Positions 19,688 through 29,369 of a stretch of 64,000 bases of DNA are shown here, one piece after another (position 1 is the first letter of the stretch; each line of letters starts with the position of its first letter). The position numbers and the translations under genes are program-made. The stretch lies in the NCBI GenBank assembly GCA_023262965.1, contig JALQXX010000003.1, positions 3,996 to 67,995 of the forward strand, read 5' to 3'. This DNA is from Candidatus Marinamargulisbacteria bacterium (GTDB lineage Bacteria; Margulisbacteria; Marinamargulisbacteria; UBA817). A model generated the notes under the pieces. The model was given only the letters and a program-made list of their open reading frames with translations. It searched no databases and was not told the origin of the DNA.

Positions 19688-20692
19688 ATGGCAACGCGTG
19701 TGATATTAACAGGCATTAAACCAACCGGCGACCCGCATTTGGGCAATTATTTGGGGGCGATATTACCTGCACGAACGTTAGCGCAGGCTAACCCAGATCA
19801 TCCAAAGCTATTTTTCATAGCCGATGCCCACGCATTAACCACGCTAAACAATCCGCAGCAGCTGCAGCAATTTCGACGAACCATCGCGGCGACATGGTTG
19901 GCTTTTTTCACCGATGTACCGCAGTGTTATTTCTATTTTCAATCCGACATTGCCGCCATTTTTGAATTGTATTGGATACTCAGCTGTGTCTGCCCGAAGG
20001 GGCTTTTAAATCGGGCGCATGCCTACAAATCGCTAGTGGCCGCAAACACGGCATCACATACTGATCCGGATCGGGGCATTAATCACGGATTATTTTCGTA
20101 TCCGGTATTAATGGCGGCCGACATACTGCTGTTTGGGACCACGCATGTACCGGCAGGTGCGGATCAAAAGCAGCATGTAGAAATTGCGGTGGAATTGGCC
20201 AAGCAACTCAATCGACACCTAAAAACCCCCCTGCCCATTCCCCAACCCATTATTCCCGATAAAGCCGAGGTAATTCCCGGAATTGACGGCCAAAAAATGA
20301 GCAAAAATTACAACAATACCCTGCCACTATTTGCGCCGCCCCCGGATCTTAAAAAACGCATTGCCAAAATTAAAACGGCATCCATGCCATTGGGCACCCC
20401 TCTCGATTGGACAACCTGTTTGGTGTATCAATTATTTACCCATGTGGCACCCGAATCCGCTCAGGCCGCATTAAAAGCCGATTACGAATCGGGTCGCATT
20501 GGGTTTGGGCAAGCAAAAGAAGCTCTTTTTACGGCCTACACCACCTATTTTCAATCATACGGTCAGGCATTTGAGAATTACATAAAGGCACCCCATACAT
20601 TGGATCAGATCATGCAATCCCACACCGTGGTAGTACGGGATATGGCGAATCAGCGGCTTCAGGCCATTAAGCAGGATTTGGGACTTCAATGA
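19688..20692 (+). CDS. trpS: Tryptophanyl-tRNA synthetase
   Basis: HIGH-like TGDPHLGNYLGAI and KMSKS-like KMSKN. Confidence 0.9.
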   Translation: MATRVILTGIKPTGDPHLGNYLGAILPARTLAQANPDHPKLFFIADAHALTTLNNPQQLQQFRRTIAATWLAFFTDVPQCYFYFQSDIAAIFELYWILSCVCPKGLLNRAHAYKSLVAANTASHTDPDRGINHGLFSYPVLMAADILLFGTTHVPAGADQKQHVEIAVELAKQLNRHLKTPLPIPQPIIPDKAEVIPGIDGQKMSKNYNNTLPLFAPPPDLKKRIAKIKTASMPLGTPLDWTTCLVYQLFTHVAPESAQAALKADYESGRIGFGQAKEALFTAYTTYFQSYGQAFENYIKAPHTLDQIMQSHTVVVRDMANQRLQAIKQDLGLQ

Positions 20693-21744
20693 CCTATCTT
20701 ATTTTGTGTGTAATGAGTGGTGTGATGACCGTATTTAGTGTGCGTTTTGCCATATGGTTATCGCACAAATACAACTGGTATGATCAGCCTGCCGGTCGAA
20801 ATCAGCATCGGCATCCCGTTCCCGTATTGGGGGGATTGGGGATTATTATGGGGATTATTATCAGCTACAGCGTGGTGGCCGATGCGGGGCTAACCCCATT
20901 AAATGCGGGGTTGCTGGGCGCTATTGCCATGTTTGCTATTGGGGTATGGGACGATAAATTCCCATTAAATCCATACCTTAAATTGAGCCTTCAAATGGTG
21001 GTGGTAACCGTCATGTTTATGTGCGGGATTCGGATTGAGTTTATTAATTGGCCGGGGTCTCTGCCAACCACGTTTTTGAATACGGGTGCCGGTTTTGTGG
21101 CAACACAGGTGTGGATGCTTCTTATTATTAATGTGTTCAATATTATTGATGGGATTGATGGCTTGTCTGCGGGGGTATCGTGTTTAACGGCAATGGCGCT
21201 TTTTGGCGTGTCAATCGGGGTGTCACCCATTGCGATCACGTATTTATTGTGCACGATTATTGGCGCAACAGCGGTGTTTTTGCGTTACAATTTTCATCCC
21301 GCCAAAATATTTTTGGGCGATTCGGGGTCGCTTTTATTGGGGTATTTATTTGGGATGATTTCGATTTTGGGGGTATTGAAATCCACAATTTCTGTTGTGA
21401 TGGTATTATTTATATTTGCGATTCCGCTGATGGATATGGTATTAAGCGTATTGCGGCGATTGCGTCGGGGCAAAAATATTTTTTATCCGGATTTGGAACA
21501 TGTGCATCATCAATTGGTTAAGTGTGGGTTATCGGTGCCCAAAACCGTTATGGTGTTGTATGTGTTAACGATTGGATTTGGGCTATTGGGGATCTTTGGT
21601 GCGCAAACGTCCACCTACGGGCGTCTGATTGTTGGGGGAATTGCTTTTATTGCCTGTGTGAGTTTTTTTTGGTACTTGCAAGAATCCAAATACGATGTCA
21701 CCCGCCATGATTCATCGCAGTCATGGCATTCCGATCATCAATAG
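20689..21744 (+). CDS. Polyprenyl-phosphate N-acetylhexosamine-1-phosphate transferase (MraY/WecA family)
   Basis: NVFNIIDGIDGLSAG motif and ~10 TM segments; 351 aa. Confidence 0.8.
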   Translation: MTYLILCVMSGVMTVFSVRFAIWLSHKYNWYDQPAGRNQHRHPVPVLGGLGIIMGIIISYSVVADAGLTPLNAGLLGAIAMFAIGVWDDKFPLNPYLKLSLQMVVVTVMFMCGIRIEFINWPGSLPTTFLNTGAGFVATQVWMLLIINVFNIIDGIDGLSAGVSCLTAMALFGVSIGVSPIAITYLLCTIIGATAVFLRYNFHPAKIFLGDSGSLLLGYLFGMISILGVLKSTISVVMVLFIFAIPLMDMVLSVLRRLRRGKNIFYPDLEHVHHQLVKCGLSVPKTVMVLYVLTIGFGLLGIFGAQTSTYGRLIVGGIAFIACVSFFWYLQESKYDVTRHDSSQSWHSDHQ

Positions 21745-21775
21745 TTGCTTGTATCATAGGATGATTTAGAAGACC

Positions 21776-22300
21776 TTGTCATCATACCATTCTTTTTATA
21801 CTATTAGGCATATGAATCATATGGTAACGGCTATTTTGCTGTTCTTTGTTTGGTTGGTATGGTCGGGCATGTTTGATTTGTTTCATGTGACACTTGGTGT
21901 TATATCCGTTGGTATCGTATTGCTGTGGATGGGGCCACTCACAACCGTCAAGCGTCCGTCGGTACGCATCTTAATCAAGGAGTGGCTGTGTTTTGAATGG
22001 TACACCGTTTGGTTAATGGGGCAGGTGGTACTGGCCAATATAGATGTGTTTAAATTGGCGTTTCACACCGACCTTTGCGCGGTGCTCAATCCCCAGTACA
22101 TTACCTTTACAACCGGAATTAAAGGCGAGGTGCCGCAATTTGTTTTGGCCCAATCGATTACCTTAACGCCTGGTACCATCACGCGGGATATTGTGGGAAA
22201 TCAATTTACCGTATACGCCATCAACGATGCCGCAGCCGGTGGGTTGCCGGGGCAGATGGAGCAAAAAGTCCGCGCCATTTACCGGGAGTATGAATCATGA
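21776..22300 (+). CDS. mrpE: Mrp-type cation/proton antiporter subunit E
   Basis: A small membrane protein at the head of the Mrp cluster with an MnhE-like hydrophobic N-terminus. The start is uncertain (possibly 21812). Confidence 0.6.
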   Translation: MSSYHSFYTIRHMNHMVTAILLFFVWLVWSGMFDLFHVTLGVISVGIVLLWMGPLTTVKRPSVRILIKEWLCFEWYTVWLMGQVVLANIDVFKLAFHTDLCAVLNPQYITFTTGIKGEVPQFVLAQSITLTPGTITRDIVGNQFTVYAINDAAAGGLPGQMEQKVRAIYREYES

Positions 22301-22605
22301 TGGGGTTGTTTTTAGTTGCTGCCCTAGTGTTACTGGCGTTTATGGGATTACTCCTGTATCGCATTGTGGTGGGGCCAACGGTGATAGATCGGCTATTGGC
22401 CGTTAATGTTATTGGTACCAAGTCCATTGTCATTCTGATTATTATGGGGATTTTATTTGATCGGGTGGCAATGTTTATTGATATTGCACTGGCCTATGGG
22501 CTGTTGAATTTTATTGCATCTTTGGCGGCAGCCAAATATTTTCGCAAGCATAAAAAAATTCATCATGTGTCTACCATGCCTGCGGAGGTGTCCCATGATC
22601 ATTAA
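22297..22605 (+). CDS. mrpF: Mrp antiporter subunit F
   Basis: A 102-aa protein with 3 TM segments. Its ATG overlaps the mrpE stop (ATGA). Confidence 0.6.
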   Translation: MMGLFLVAALVLLAFMGLLLYRIVVGPTVIDRLLAVNVIGTKSIVILIIMGILFDRVAMFIDIALAYGLLNFIASLAAAKYFRKHKKIHHVSTMPAEVSHDH

Positions 22606-23005
22606 TATGGTGTTGGTGGGGTTGGTTGCATTTGGCACAACCGTTACCCACGGAGGTCCCCTCCATAGCGTATTTAACGCCCTTGTTGGCGTGTTGTTGA
22701 TTGCAGGATTGCTGTTTTTTTTATCCACCTGTGTGGGTATTTTGCGATTCCCCGATTTTTATACTCGATTGAACGCAGCTGGAAAAGGCGATACGTTGTC
22801 TACCATTTTAATGTTGGTGGCCTGTGCCCTTATGGTTATTACATCGGCGCATCATGTGGATCGAACGGTTGTTTTGTCCGCAATAAAAATTATTATGATT
22901 GTCAATTTTATTTTTATTGGTAGCCCAACCGCCACACATGCCTTACTAGAGGCGGCGCATTGGTCCGAAATAAAACCCTGGAAGCGGAACGATCCCCCAT
23001 GCTAA
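22598..23005 (+). CDS. mrpG: Mrp antiporter subunit G
   Basis: The LRFPDFYTRLNAAGKGDT motif is characteristic of MnhG/PhaG. ATG 22598 lies in frame within ORF 22514..23005. Confidence 0.7.
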   Translation: MINMVLVGLVAFGTTVTHGGPLHSVFNALVGVLLIAGLLFFLSTCVGILRFPDFYTRLNAAGKGDTLSTILMLVACALMVITSAHHVDRTVVLSAIKIIMIVNFIFIGSPTATHALLEAAHWSEIKPWKRNDPPC

Positions 23006-23991
23006 TAGCTATTGAAGTTGGGTTATTGATTTTGGTGCCATGTGTTGCCTTTGTGGCATTGTGGTTGCGTGACTTAATGAGTGCCGTGATTGTATTGGGG
23101 GCTTACAGTTTTTTAATGTGTTTGGTGTGGACGGGTATGGGGGCCGTGGATGTCGCGTTTACGGAAGCCGCGGTGGGGGCAGGGGTGTCCACGGTGTTTT
23201 TTATTGCGGTGTTGTTTAATACAACCCGAAACATTACCTTCAACCCCTTGGATGTATCCTCCAAATTGGTAGCGCTGGTGGCCTGTTTGGGCTTTGGATA
23301 CGTATTGCTCCAGGGCGTATCGGACTTACCCGATTGGGGGGATCCGTATTCACCGGTTAACGCGGGGGTATCCACCTATTACATTGAAAATGCCTACGCC
23401 GATACACACGTTCCCAACTTGGTAACAACGGTATTGGCGGATTATCGAAGTGTGGATACCATGCTTGAAACCACCGTGGTACTCATTGCATTATTGGGTA
23501 TTTTTATGATATTAAAAAAAGATCGGCCCGCGCAATCCGACTCGTCGGATACACAGGCGCACGATAGCCTGATTATTCGATTGTCGGCGCGGTTTATTGC
23601 GCCCTTCATTCAGCTATTTGGATTGTATGTTGTTGCCCATGGGCATCACAGTCCGGGTGGAGGGTTTCAGGGAGGGGTTATTTTGGGTACCGGCTTGATT
23701 TTAATGGCCATGTCTATGGGAATGGCTTCTGCAAAGCGTTTATTGTCCATTCCACGTATGATCATTTTAGCCGCGGTTGGTGTTCTGATTTATGCAGGTT
23801 GGGGTGCGGTTCCGCTGGTTTATAACGGGTATTTTTTGGATTATTCGGTATGGGAGTCGGTGTTTGGGTCCATGGCCCGTTCGCACAGTATGTTGATTGT
23901 TGAAATTGGTGTGGCGCTTACGGTAATGTGTGGTATGTATGGCATTTACATGAGCTTGGTATCGGATGGCGGCATGCAGGAGGGATTATGA
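22999..23991 (+). CDS. mrpB: MrpA-C-terminal-like (DUF4040) plus MrpB fusion protein
   Basis: The N-terminal half resembles the MrpA C-terminal domain, and the C-terminal half (HGHHSPGGGFQGG) resembles MnhB. It is encoded separately from the NuoL-like part of MrpA. Confidence 0.65.
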   Translation: MLIAIEVGLLILVPCVAFVALWLRDLMSAVIVLGAYSFLMCLVWTGMGAVDVAFTEAAVGAGVSTVFFIAVLFNTTRNITFNPLDVSSKLVALVACLGFGYVLLQGVSDLPDWGDPYSPVNAGVSTYYIENAYADTHVPNLVTTVLADYRSVDTMLETTVVLIALLGIFMILKKDRPAQSDSSDTQAHDSLIIRLSARFIAPFIQLFGLYVVAHGHHSPGGGFQGGVILGTGLILMAMSMGMASAKRLLSIPRMIILAAVGVLIYAGWGAVPLVYNGYFLDYSVWESVFGSMARSHSMLIVEIGVALTVMCGMYGIYMSLVSDGGMQEGL

Positions 23992-24356
23992 CAACACTCA
24001 GTTATAGCGTTGCGATTATTCTAATGACCATGGGACTATGGGCGATGTTATCCAAAAAAAATCTAATAAAAAAATTAATGGGCTTAGCTATATTCCAAAC
24101 CGGGATTATTTTATTTTTTATTTCAATGGGGGCTAAAGAAGGCGCGACAATTCCGATTTTGGATCATCATGGGTATGGCGGGATTTATTCGGATGATTAT
24201 GCGAATCCATTGACTCAGATTTTGATGTTAACAGCCATTGTTGTTGGCGTGGCTACCTTGGGGTTGGGATTGGCCTTAGCCCGAAAAATATACGCGCATT
24301 ATGGCTCCTTTAACGAAGATGATATTTTGGCCAATTTACGGGAGCCCAATGAGTAG
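23988..24356 (+). CDS. mrpC: Mrp antiporter subunit C (NuoK-like)
   Basis: MTTLSYSVAIILMTMGLWAML with 3 TM segments; NuoK/MnhC family. Confidence 0.75.
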   Translation: MTTLSYSVAIILMTMGLWAMLSKKNLIKKLMGLAIFQTGIILFFISMGAKEGATIPILDHHGYGGIYSDDYANPLTQILMLTAIVVGVATLGLGLALARKIYAHYGSFNEDDILANLREPNE

Positions 24357-25821
24357 TCAGTGGGCATTTTTGGCCATGGGAATCCCCTTTTTTACGGCAC
24401 TGATTATGGGGTCGGTGGGGTATGCCGCACCACGATTTATGCGATGGATTGGCGCAACCGGAATAACGCTAGCGGTTTTTGCGTCAATTGGTTTATGGAG
24501 CACCGTATCTACAGACGAATATGTGTCGTATTTTTTTGGAGGGTGGTTGCCGCCTATCGGTATTGCTCTGGAAGTGGATCGTATTAGTGCACTCATGGTG
24601 CTGATGGTCCATGGTGTTGCCGCCCTGGCATACATTTTTTCTTTAAAAGCCTTGCCAAACGAGCTCCCTGCATCCAAACATCCCGTGTATTATACCTTAT
24701 ATTTTCTGCTGATTTCGGGGTTTGTTGCTTTGGCCGTCACCGGGGATGTGTTTAATGTGTATGTCTTGTTTGAAGTGTGTGCTTTAAGTGGGTACGCGCT
24801 GTTGGCGATGGGCGGAAAAAAAGCCTATGTGCCGACCTTTAACTACGTATTGATGGGATCATTGGGGGCCTGTTTCTATTTGATTGGCGTTGGGTATTTG
24901 TTTATTAAGACGGGCACACTCAATATGGCGCATTTAGCGGATGTGTTGCCCACTGTATTTTTTTCGCGGTCTATTTTAACGGCATTTATATTAATAACCG
25001 TGGGATTATTTGTTAAAATGGCGCTATTTCCGTTTCATGGATGGATGCCCAATGTGTATACAAAGGCCCCGGTGTCCACATTATGTTTAATGGCTCCGTT
25101 GGGAACAAAAATATGTGTGTACGTGTTGTTGCGGGTGGTAGGTTACGTGTTTTCGATGGAGTATATGACAAACATACTGGCGGTTCAGCCGATTATGATG
25201 ACGTTGGCGACGCTAGCTATTGTCGTGGGGACACTATACGTGGTGTATCATCGGCATTTGACCCGAATTATTATGTTCATTATTGTTTCTGAGATTGGGT
25301 ATATGGTGGGGGGTATTTTTCTGGGGCAAATGGATTCGGTTATTGGTGCCGTGTATCATATTGCGGCCGATGCGCTAATGACCGTTACCCTGGTCATGGT
25401 AGCGGGTGTTGTTCGGCATTGTTTGGGGGGAGATGCCATAGCAGATGTGGCCATGATGTTTCGACGATTGCCGACAACGGCCATCGCCTTTGTGATTGTG
25501 TGTTTATCGGTTATAGGGGTCCCCCCAATGCCCGGGTTTTTCTCTAAATTTTTGCTCATTAAGGGAGCTTTCATGAGTGGTTATTATGGATTCGCAGTGG
25601 CTTTGCTAATCGCGTCATTAACCGCGGTCTTTTTGTTTTTTCGATTTTTTGAAGGGTACTTCTACATGAAAACCGACAATACAGCACCATCGGTGATTCA
25701 AGAGCCATGGGCGTATCGAATTCCGTTGGTGGTCGCGGCCATTGGGTTGGTGGGGTTTGGATTATCTTTTTCATATTGGTACGGGTTTATTAAGTTGGCA
25801 TTGCCGTTGGGGTTAGCTTAG
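24349..25821 (+). CDS. mrpD: Mrp subunit D-like antiporter (NuoM/N family), copy 1
   Basis: About 490 aa with ~14 TM segments and a complex I antiporter-like fold. The start is taken at MSSQWAF. Confidence 0.8.
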   Translation: MSSQWAFLAMGIPFFTALIMGSVGYAAPRFMRWIGATGITLAVFASIGLWSTVSTDEYVSYFFGGWLPPIGIALEVDRISALMVLMVHGVAALAYIFSLKALPNELPASKHPVYYTLYFLLISGFVALAVTGDVFNVYVLFEVCALSGYALLAMGGKKAYVPTFNYVLMGSLGACFYLIGVGYLFIKTGTLNMAHLADVLPTVFFSRSILTAFILITVGLFVKMALFPFHGWMPNVYTKAPVSTLCLMAPLGTKICVYVLLRVVGYVFSMEYMTNILAVQPIMMTLATLAIVVGTLYVVYHRHLTRIIMFIIVSEIGYMVGGIFLGQMDSVIGAVYHIAADALMTVTLVMVAGVVRHCLGGDAIADVAMMFRRLPTTAIAFVIVCLSVIGVPPMPGFFSKFLLIKGAFMSGYYGFAVALLIASLTAVFLFFRFFEGYFYMKTDNTAPSVIQEPWAYRIPLVVAAIGLVGFGLSFSYWYGFIKLALPLGLA

Positions 25822-27260
25822 TGGGATTTGCAATTGCCTGTAGCATAATTATTCCGATGATTGGGGCCATGGGTATCTACGTCACCCGATCCAAACCAAA
25901 TGGTCCGGCTATTAGCAGTGTGGTGGCCGCAATTGCCTTGGTGGCGTCTGTTATTCATTTAATGGCGTATGGGGCACGCGATGTCGTGGATGTGGTATCG
26001 TTTTTTCCGGGCATATCGGTATCGTTTTTTTGTGATCCATTAAGTCTTATTTTTGCGATGGTTGCATCCAGTTTATGGGGCATTACGGTTTTGTATTCGG
26101 TTGGCTATTTGAATGGTGCGCACGAAAAAAATCAACCGCGATTCTTTGCCTGTGTTGCCATTGCGTTGGGAGCTACCATGGGGGTTGCTTTTTCAGCGAA
26201 TTTGTTGACCCTGTATATTTTCTACGAAATGCTATCGTTATCAACGTATGCACTGGTGGGGCATCACCAAAATGATGAGGCGCGGGTAGGGGCACGAAAA
26301 TATCTGATTTATTTATTTGGTGGCTCGATTGGGTTGGCATTGCCCGCCATGATTGCCGTATATGCCTTAACGGGGACGTTATCATTTTCATATGCAGGTA
26401 TTCTGCCAGAGGTAACCCCCTTCCCTGTTTTGGTTGTATTGATGATTATGTTTTTATATGGGTTTGCTAAAGCGGGGCTGATGCCTTTTCATGCATGGTT
26501 GCCGGGAGCCATGGTGGCGCCTACGCCAGTGAGCTCGTTATTGCATGCGGTAGCGGTTGTTAAAGTGGGGGTTTTTAGTATTGTTCGTGTAATAACCGGT
26601 ATCTTTGGATACGATTTGATTAATCAGGTGAATTTATCGCAGGTTATTGTGTATATTGCGGCATTTACGGTTATTGTGGCGTCACTTATGGCCCTGTATC
26701 AAGATAGCTTAAAACGGCGATTGGCATTTTCCACCATTGGACAGCTGGCTTATATTATTATGGGCGTTGGCTTGGCCACTCCGATGGCATTTGTTGGTGG
26801 GGTTTTACATATTGTCATGCATGCCTTTGGTAAAATCACCCTGTTTTTCTGTGCCGGGGCCATTTATGTTGCGACTAAAAAGAAATACGTATCTCAATTG
26901 GATGGGATTGGCCGGCAAATGCCCTGGACAATGGGCGCTTTTTTTATTGGTTCTTTGAGCGTTATAGGGCTACCGCCTACGGGTGGATTTATTAGCAAAT
27001 GGTTTATGGTAAATGGGGCATTGGAGGCGGGTTTTCCAGTTATTTTTACTGTTTATTTAATAAGTTCTTTTTTAAATGCCTGTTATTTTTTACCTATTGT
27101 GTATCGGGCATTCTTTAAGAATCCCGCGACAATGGATGATGTGGCTGAACGACCTTTATTATGTGTGGTTCCACCGGTGATTACAGCGGCAATGTCGGTG
27201 GTGCTTTTTGTGGGGGCCCCATTCATTATTCGACTCATTCAAGGAATTTATTATGGGTAA
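25821..27260 (+). CDS. Mrp subunit D-like antiporter (NuoM family), copy 2
   Basis: 479 aa. Its GTG start overlaps the preceding stop. It carries the conserved TM7/TM12 Lys-containing region HAWLPGAMVAPTPVSSLLHAVAVVKVG. Confidence 0.8.
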   Translation: MGFAIACSIIIPMIGAMGIYVTRSKPNGPAISSVVAAIALVASVIHLMAYGARDVVDVVSFFPGISVSFFCDPLSLIFAMVASSLWGITVLYSVGYLNGAHEKNQPRFFACVAIALGATMGVAFSANLLTLYIFYEMLSLSTYALVGHHQNDEARVGARKYLIYLFGGSIGLALPAMIAVYALTGTLSFSYAGILPEVTPFPVLVVLMIMFLYGFAKAGLMPFHAWLPGAMVAPTPVSSLLHAVAVVKVGVFSIVRVITGIFGYDLINQVNLSQVIVYIAAFTVIVASLMALYQDSLKRRLAFSTIGQLAYIIMGVGLATPMAFVGGVLHIVMHAFGKITLFFCAGAIYVATKKKYVSQLDGIGRQMPWTMGAFFIGSLSVIGLPPTGGFISKWFMVNGALEAGFPVIFTVYLISSFLNACYFLPIVYRAFFKNPATMDDVAERPLLCVVPPVITAAMSVVLFVGAPFIIRLIQGIYYG

Positions 27261-27489
27261 ATTGTTCAAAAAAATACTGATAATGGTAGCGGTTCTTGTG
27301 TTTAGTTTAGATGGACTCATGGTGCACCGACATTCACATTTTGCCGAATCAGGGGTGTATTCAATGGATGCATTTCCGGTATTTTATGGTGTCTTGGCTA
27401 TCGTTGTATCGTTTGTAACATGGGGCCTGTCTCGGGCCATTGGCCGAGTGATTCGTCAAAAGGAGACATATTATGACCACGATTTTTAA
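27253..27489 (+). CDS. Small 2-TM protein embedded in the Mrp cluster (candidate novel subunit)
   Basis: 78 aa. Its ATG overlaps the D2 stop and its stop overlaps the mrpA-like start by 17 nt. It has two hydrophobic segments. Confidence 0.4.
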   Translation: MGKLFKKILIMVAVLVFSLDGLMVHRHSHFAESGVYSMDAFPVFYGVLAIVVSFVTWGLSRAIGRVIRQKETYYDHDF

Positions 27490-29275
27490 TGTTCCACCAG
27501 GCGTGTGGCTCCTTATTGGGGCAATATTTACGGCAGTGTTTGCCAAAAAACGATGGGCCGGTGTGTTACCTATTATTGCGGCCGCATTGGGTTTGGTGAC
27601 GGTTATGGGGCTTAACGAATCATCACATCTCTCCCTCTCCTTTTTATTGACCCGTATAAATATGATACAGGTTGATGCATTGAGCCAGGTATTTGGGTAT
27701 GTATTATCGGGAATTGTTGTTGTGGCATTTGTGTTTGGTTGTGCACAATTGCGGGAGTATATAACCGCTTTGGTGTATGTGGGGGCGGCGTTGGTGGTTG
27801 TGTACACCGACAGCATGGTTATGATGTATGTTTTTTGGGAAATTATGGCCGTGTCTTCAGCCTTTTTAATTGCATTTAGTGGTGTAAAAAATGCCCATCA
27901 GGCGGCATTGCGATACACCATTGTTCATTTAGTTGGTGGTCTGATTTTATTGGCTGGCATTTTGCTCCACTATCAGGCAACGGGGTCCTTGGCCATGCAG
28001 GCATTATCGCCATCAGGCGTTGCCTTTTATTTGGTTATGGCGGGTGTTTTAGTGAATGCGGCGGCGTTTCCGTTTTCGGCCTGGCTGTCGGATGCGTATC
28101 CCGAATCAACCGCAATGGGTGGGGTGATCTTGAGTTCCGTGACAACCAAAACGGCGTTGTATGTACTCATTCGATTGTTTTTGGGAACCCATGTACTCAT
28201 TACCATTGGGGTGATTACGGCTGTATTGGCGGTATGGTACGGATTTCAAGAAAATAATATGCGGCGCGTATTGGCATTTGGTGTGATTAATCAAATGGGG
28301 TTTAAGTTAGTAGGGGTGGGTTTAGGAACGCCTCTCGCATTAGCTGGGGTATTGGCTCATACGGTATGTGGGGTGATTTATAATGCCATATTATGGATGG
28401 TGGCAGGGCTTATTATTCACCGTACGTCGGTGACGCGATTATCGGATATGCCCACGGTTGTTATTCAATCCAGAGGCCTGTTGATTGCGGCAATTGTAGG
28501 GGGATTATCGATTGCCGCTTTTCCATTTACGGGTGGTTTTGTATCTAAATCGCTTATTTTATTAGCGATTGAAAAACAGCATTTATTTGGCCCATGGATA
28601 CTGTTAGAAATGGCGTCGGTAGGGGCTATTTTTTTTGTTACGTGTCGCTGGTTGTATGGGGTCTTTTTTGCGCCACGTTCACCAGGGGCGTCCGTTATTA
28701 CCATTCCTTTAAAAGCACATGTTCGACCGTATATAGCGATGGGAATTTTGGGAATGCTGAGTATTGGATTGGGAGTGTTTCCATCTGTTATGTACAGTGT
28801 ATTTCCCAACTATGCAGTGTTTGGGCTTTATATTGATCAAACATGGTCAACTATTTATACGAACCTACCCGTGGTTATGGCATCGTTGACAAAAATTTTA
28901 GGGGCTGTAGTGGTGTTTATTATGGTAAAGCCGTCATTTGTTCCGGGGGTCTTGTTGGATACCGCTTGGTTGTATCGGCGCTCTCTCCGCGTAATAACGG
29001 GTGTGTTTATTGTATTTTTAGATGCGGTTTATGCCATGGTTAATCGCATAACGATGGCGGGTATTCAAGGTCTTTGTTACATATATACACACTCGCTGGC
29101 GTTGGGTATGTATCTTTTATCGATACCCTATTTACGTATTAGTGGGGTTTCCATTAATCAGCGTGCCCTATTGGATCGATATTCGGTCATTGCTCGCGTG
29201 AATGGACTCCCTATTATTGCCTCGGCACTGGGGGTTATTTTGATGGTTGTATTTTTGCTTGTAACACAATCATAG
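27473..29275 (+). CDS. mrpA: MrpA/NuoL-like antiporter subunit (lacks the MrpB-like C-terminal extension)
   Basis: 600 aa; NuoL/MnhA family (FWEIMAVSSAFLIAF, a long TM array). Confidence 0.8.
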   Translation: MTTIFNVPPGVWLLIGAIFTAVFAKKRWAGVLPIIAAALGLVTVMGLNESSHLSLSFLLTRINMIQVDALSQVFGYVLSGIVVVAFVFGCAQLREYITALVYVGAALVVVYTDSMVMMYVFWEIMAVSSAFLIAFSGVKNAHQAALRYTIVHLVGGLILLAGILLHYQATGSLAMQALSPSGVAFYLVMAGVLVNAAAFPFSAWLSDAYPESTAMGGVILSSVTTKTALYVLIRLFLGTHVLITIGVITAVLAVWYGFQENNMRRVLAFGVINQMGFKLVGVGLGTPLALAGVLAHTVCGVIYNAILWMVAGLIIHRTSVTRLSDMPTVVIQSRGLLIAAIVGGLSIAAFPFTGGFVSKSLILLAIEKQHLFGPWILLEMASVGAIFFVTCRWLYGVFFAPRSPGASVITIPLKAHVRPYIAMGILGMLSIGLGVFPSVMYSVFPNYAVFGLYIDQTWSTIYTNLPVVMASLTKILGAVVVFIMVKPSFVPGVLLDTAWLYRRSLRVITGVFIVFLDAVYAMVNRITMAGIQGLCYIYTHSLALGMYLLSIPYLRISGVSINQRALLDRYSVIARVNGLPIIASALGVILMVVFLLVTQS

Positions 29276-29369
29276 TCGTCCGTGTGACGCTATGCAATCA
29301 ATAATCTGTAGCATCTTTTATTAATGACGTTATATAAAAACTGGAAAATGAGTTGACTCTATCGAGACG

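Noticed and set aside
19600-19690. A T-box leader upstream of trpS.
   Set aside because: Only a single 9-bp inverted repeat is present. No specifier or antiterminator T-box consensus (AATTAGGGTGGNACCGCG-like) was seen.
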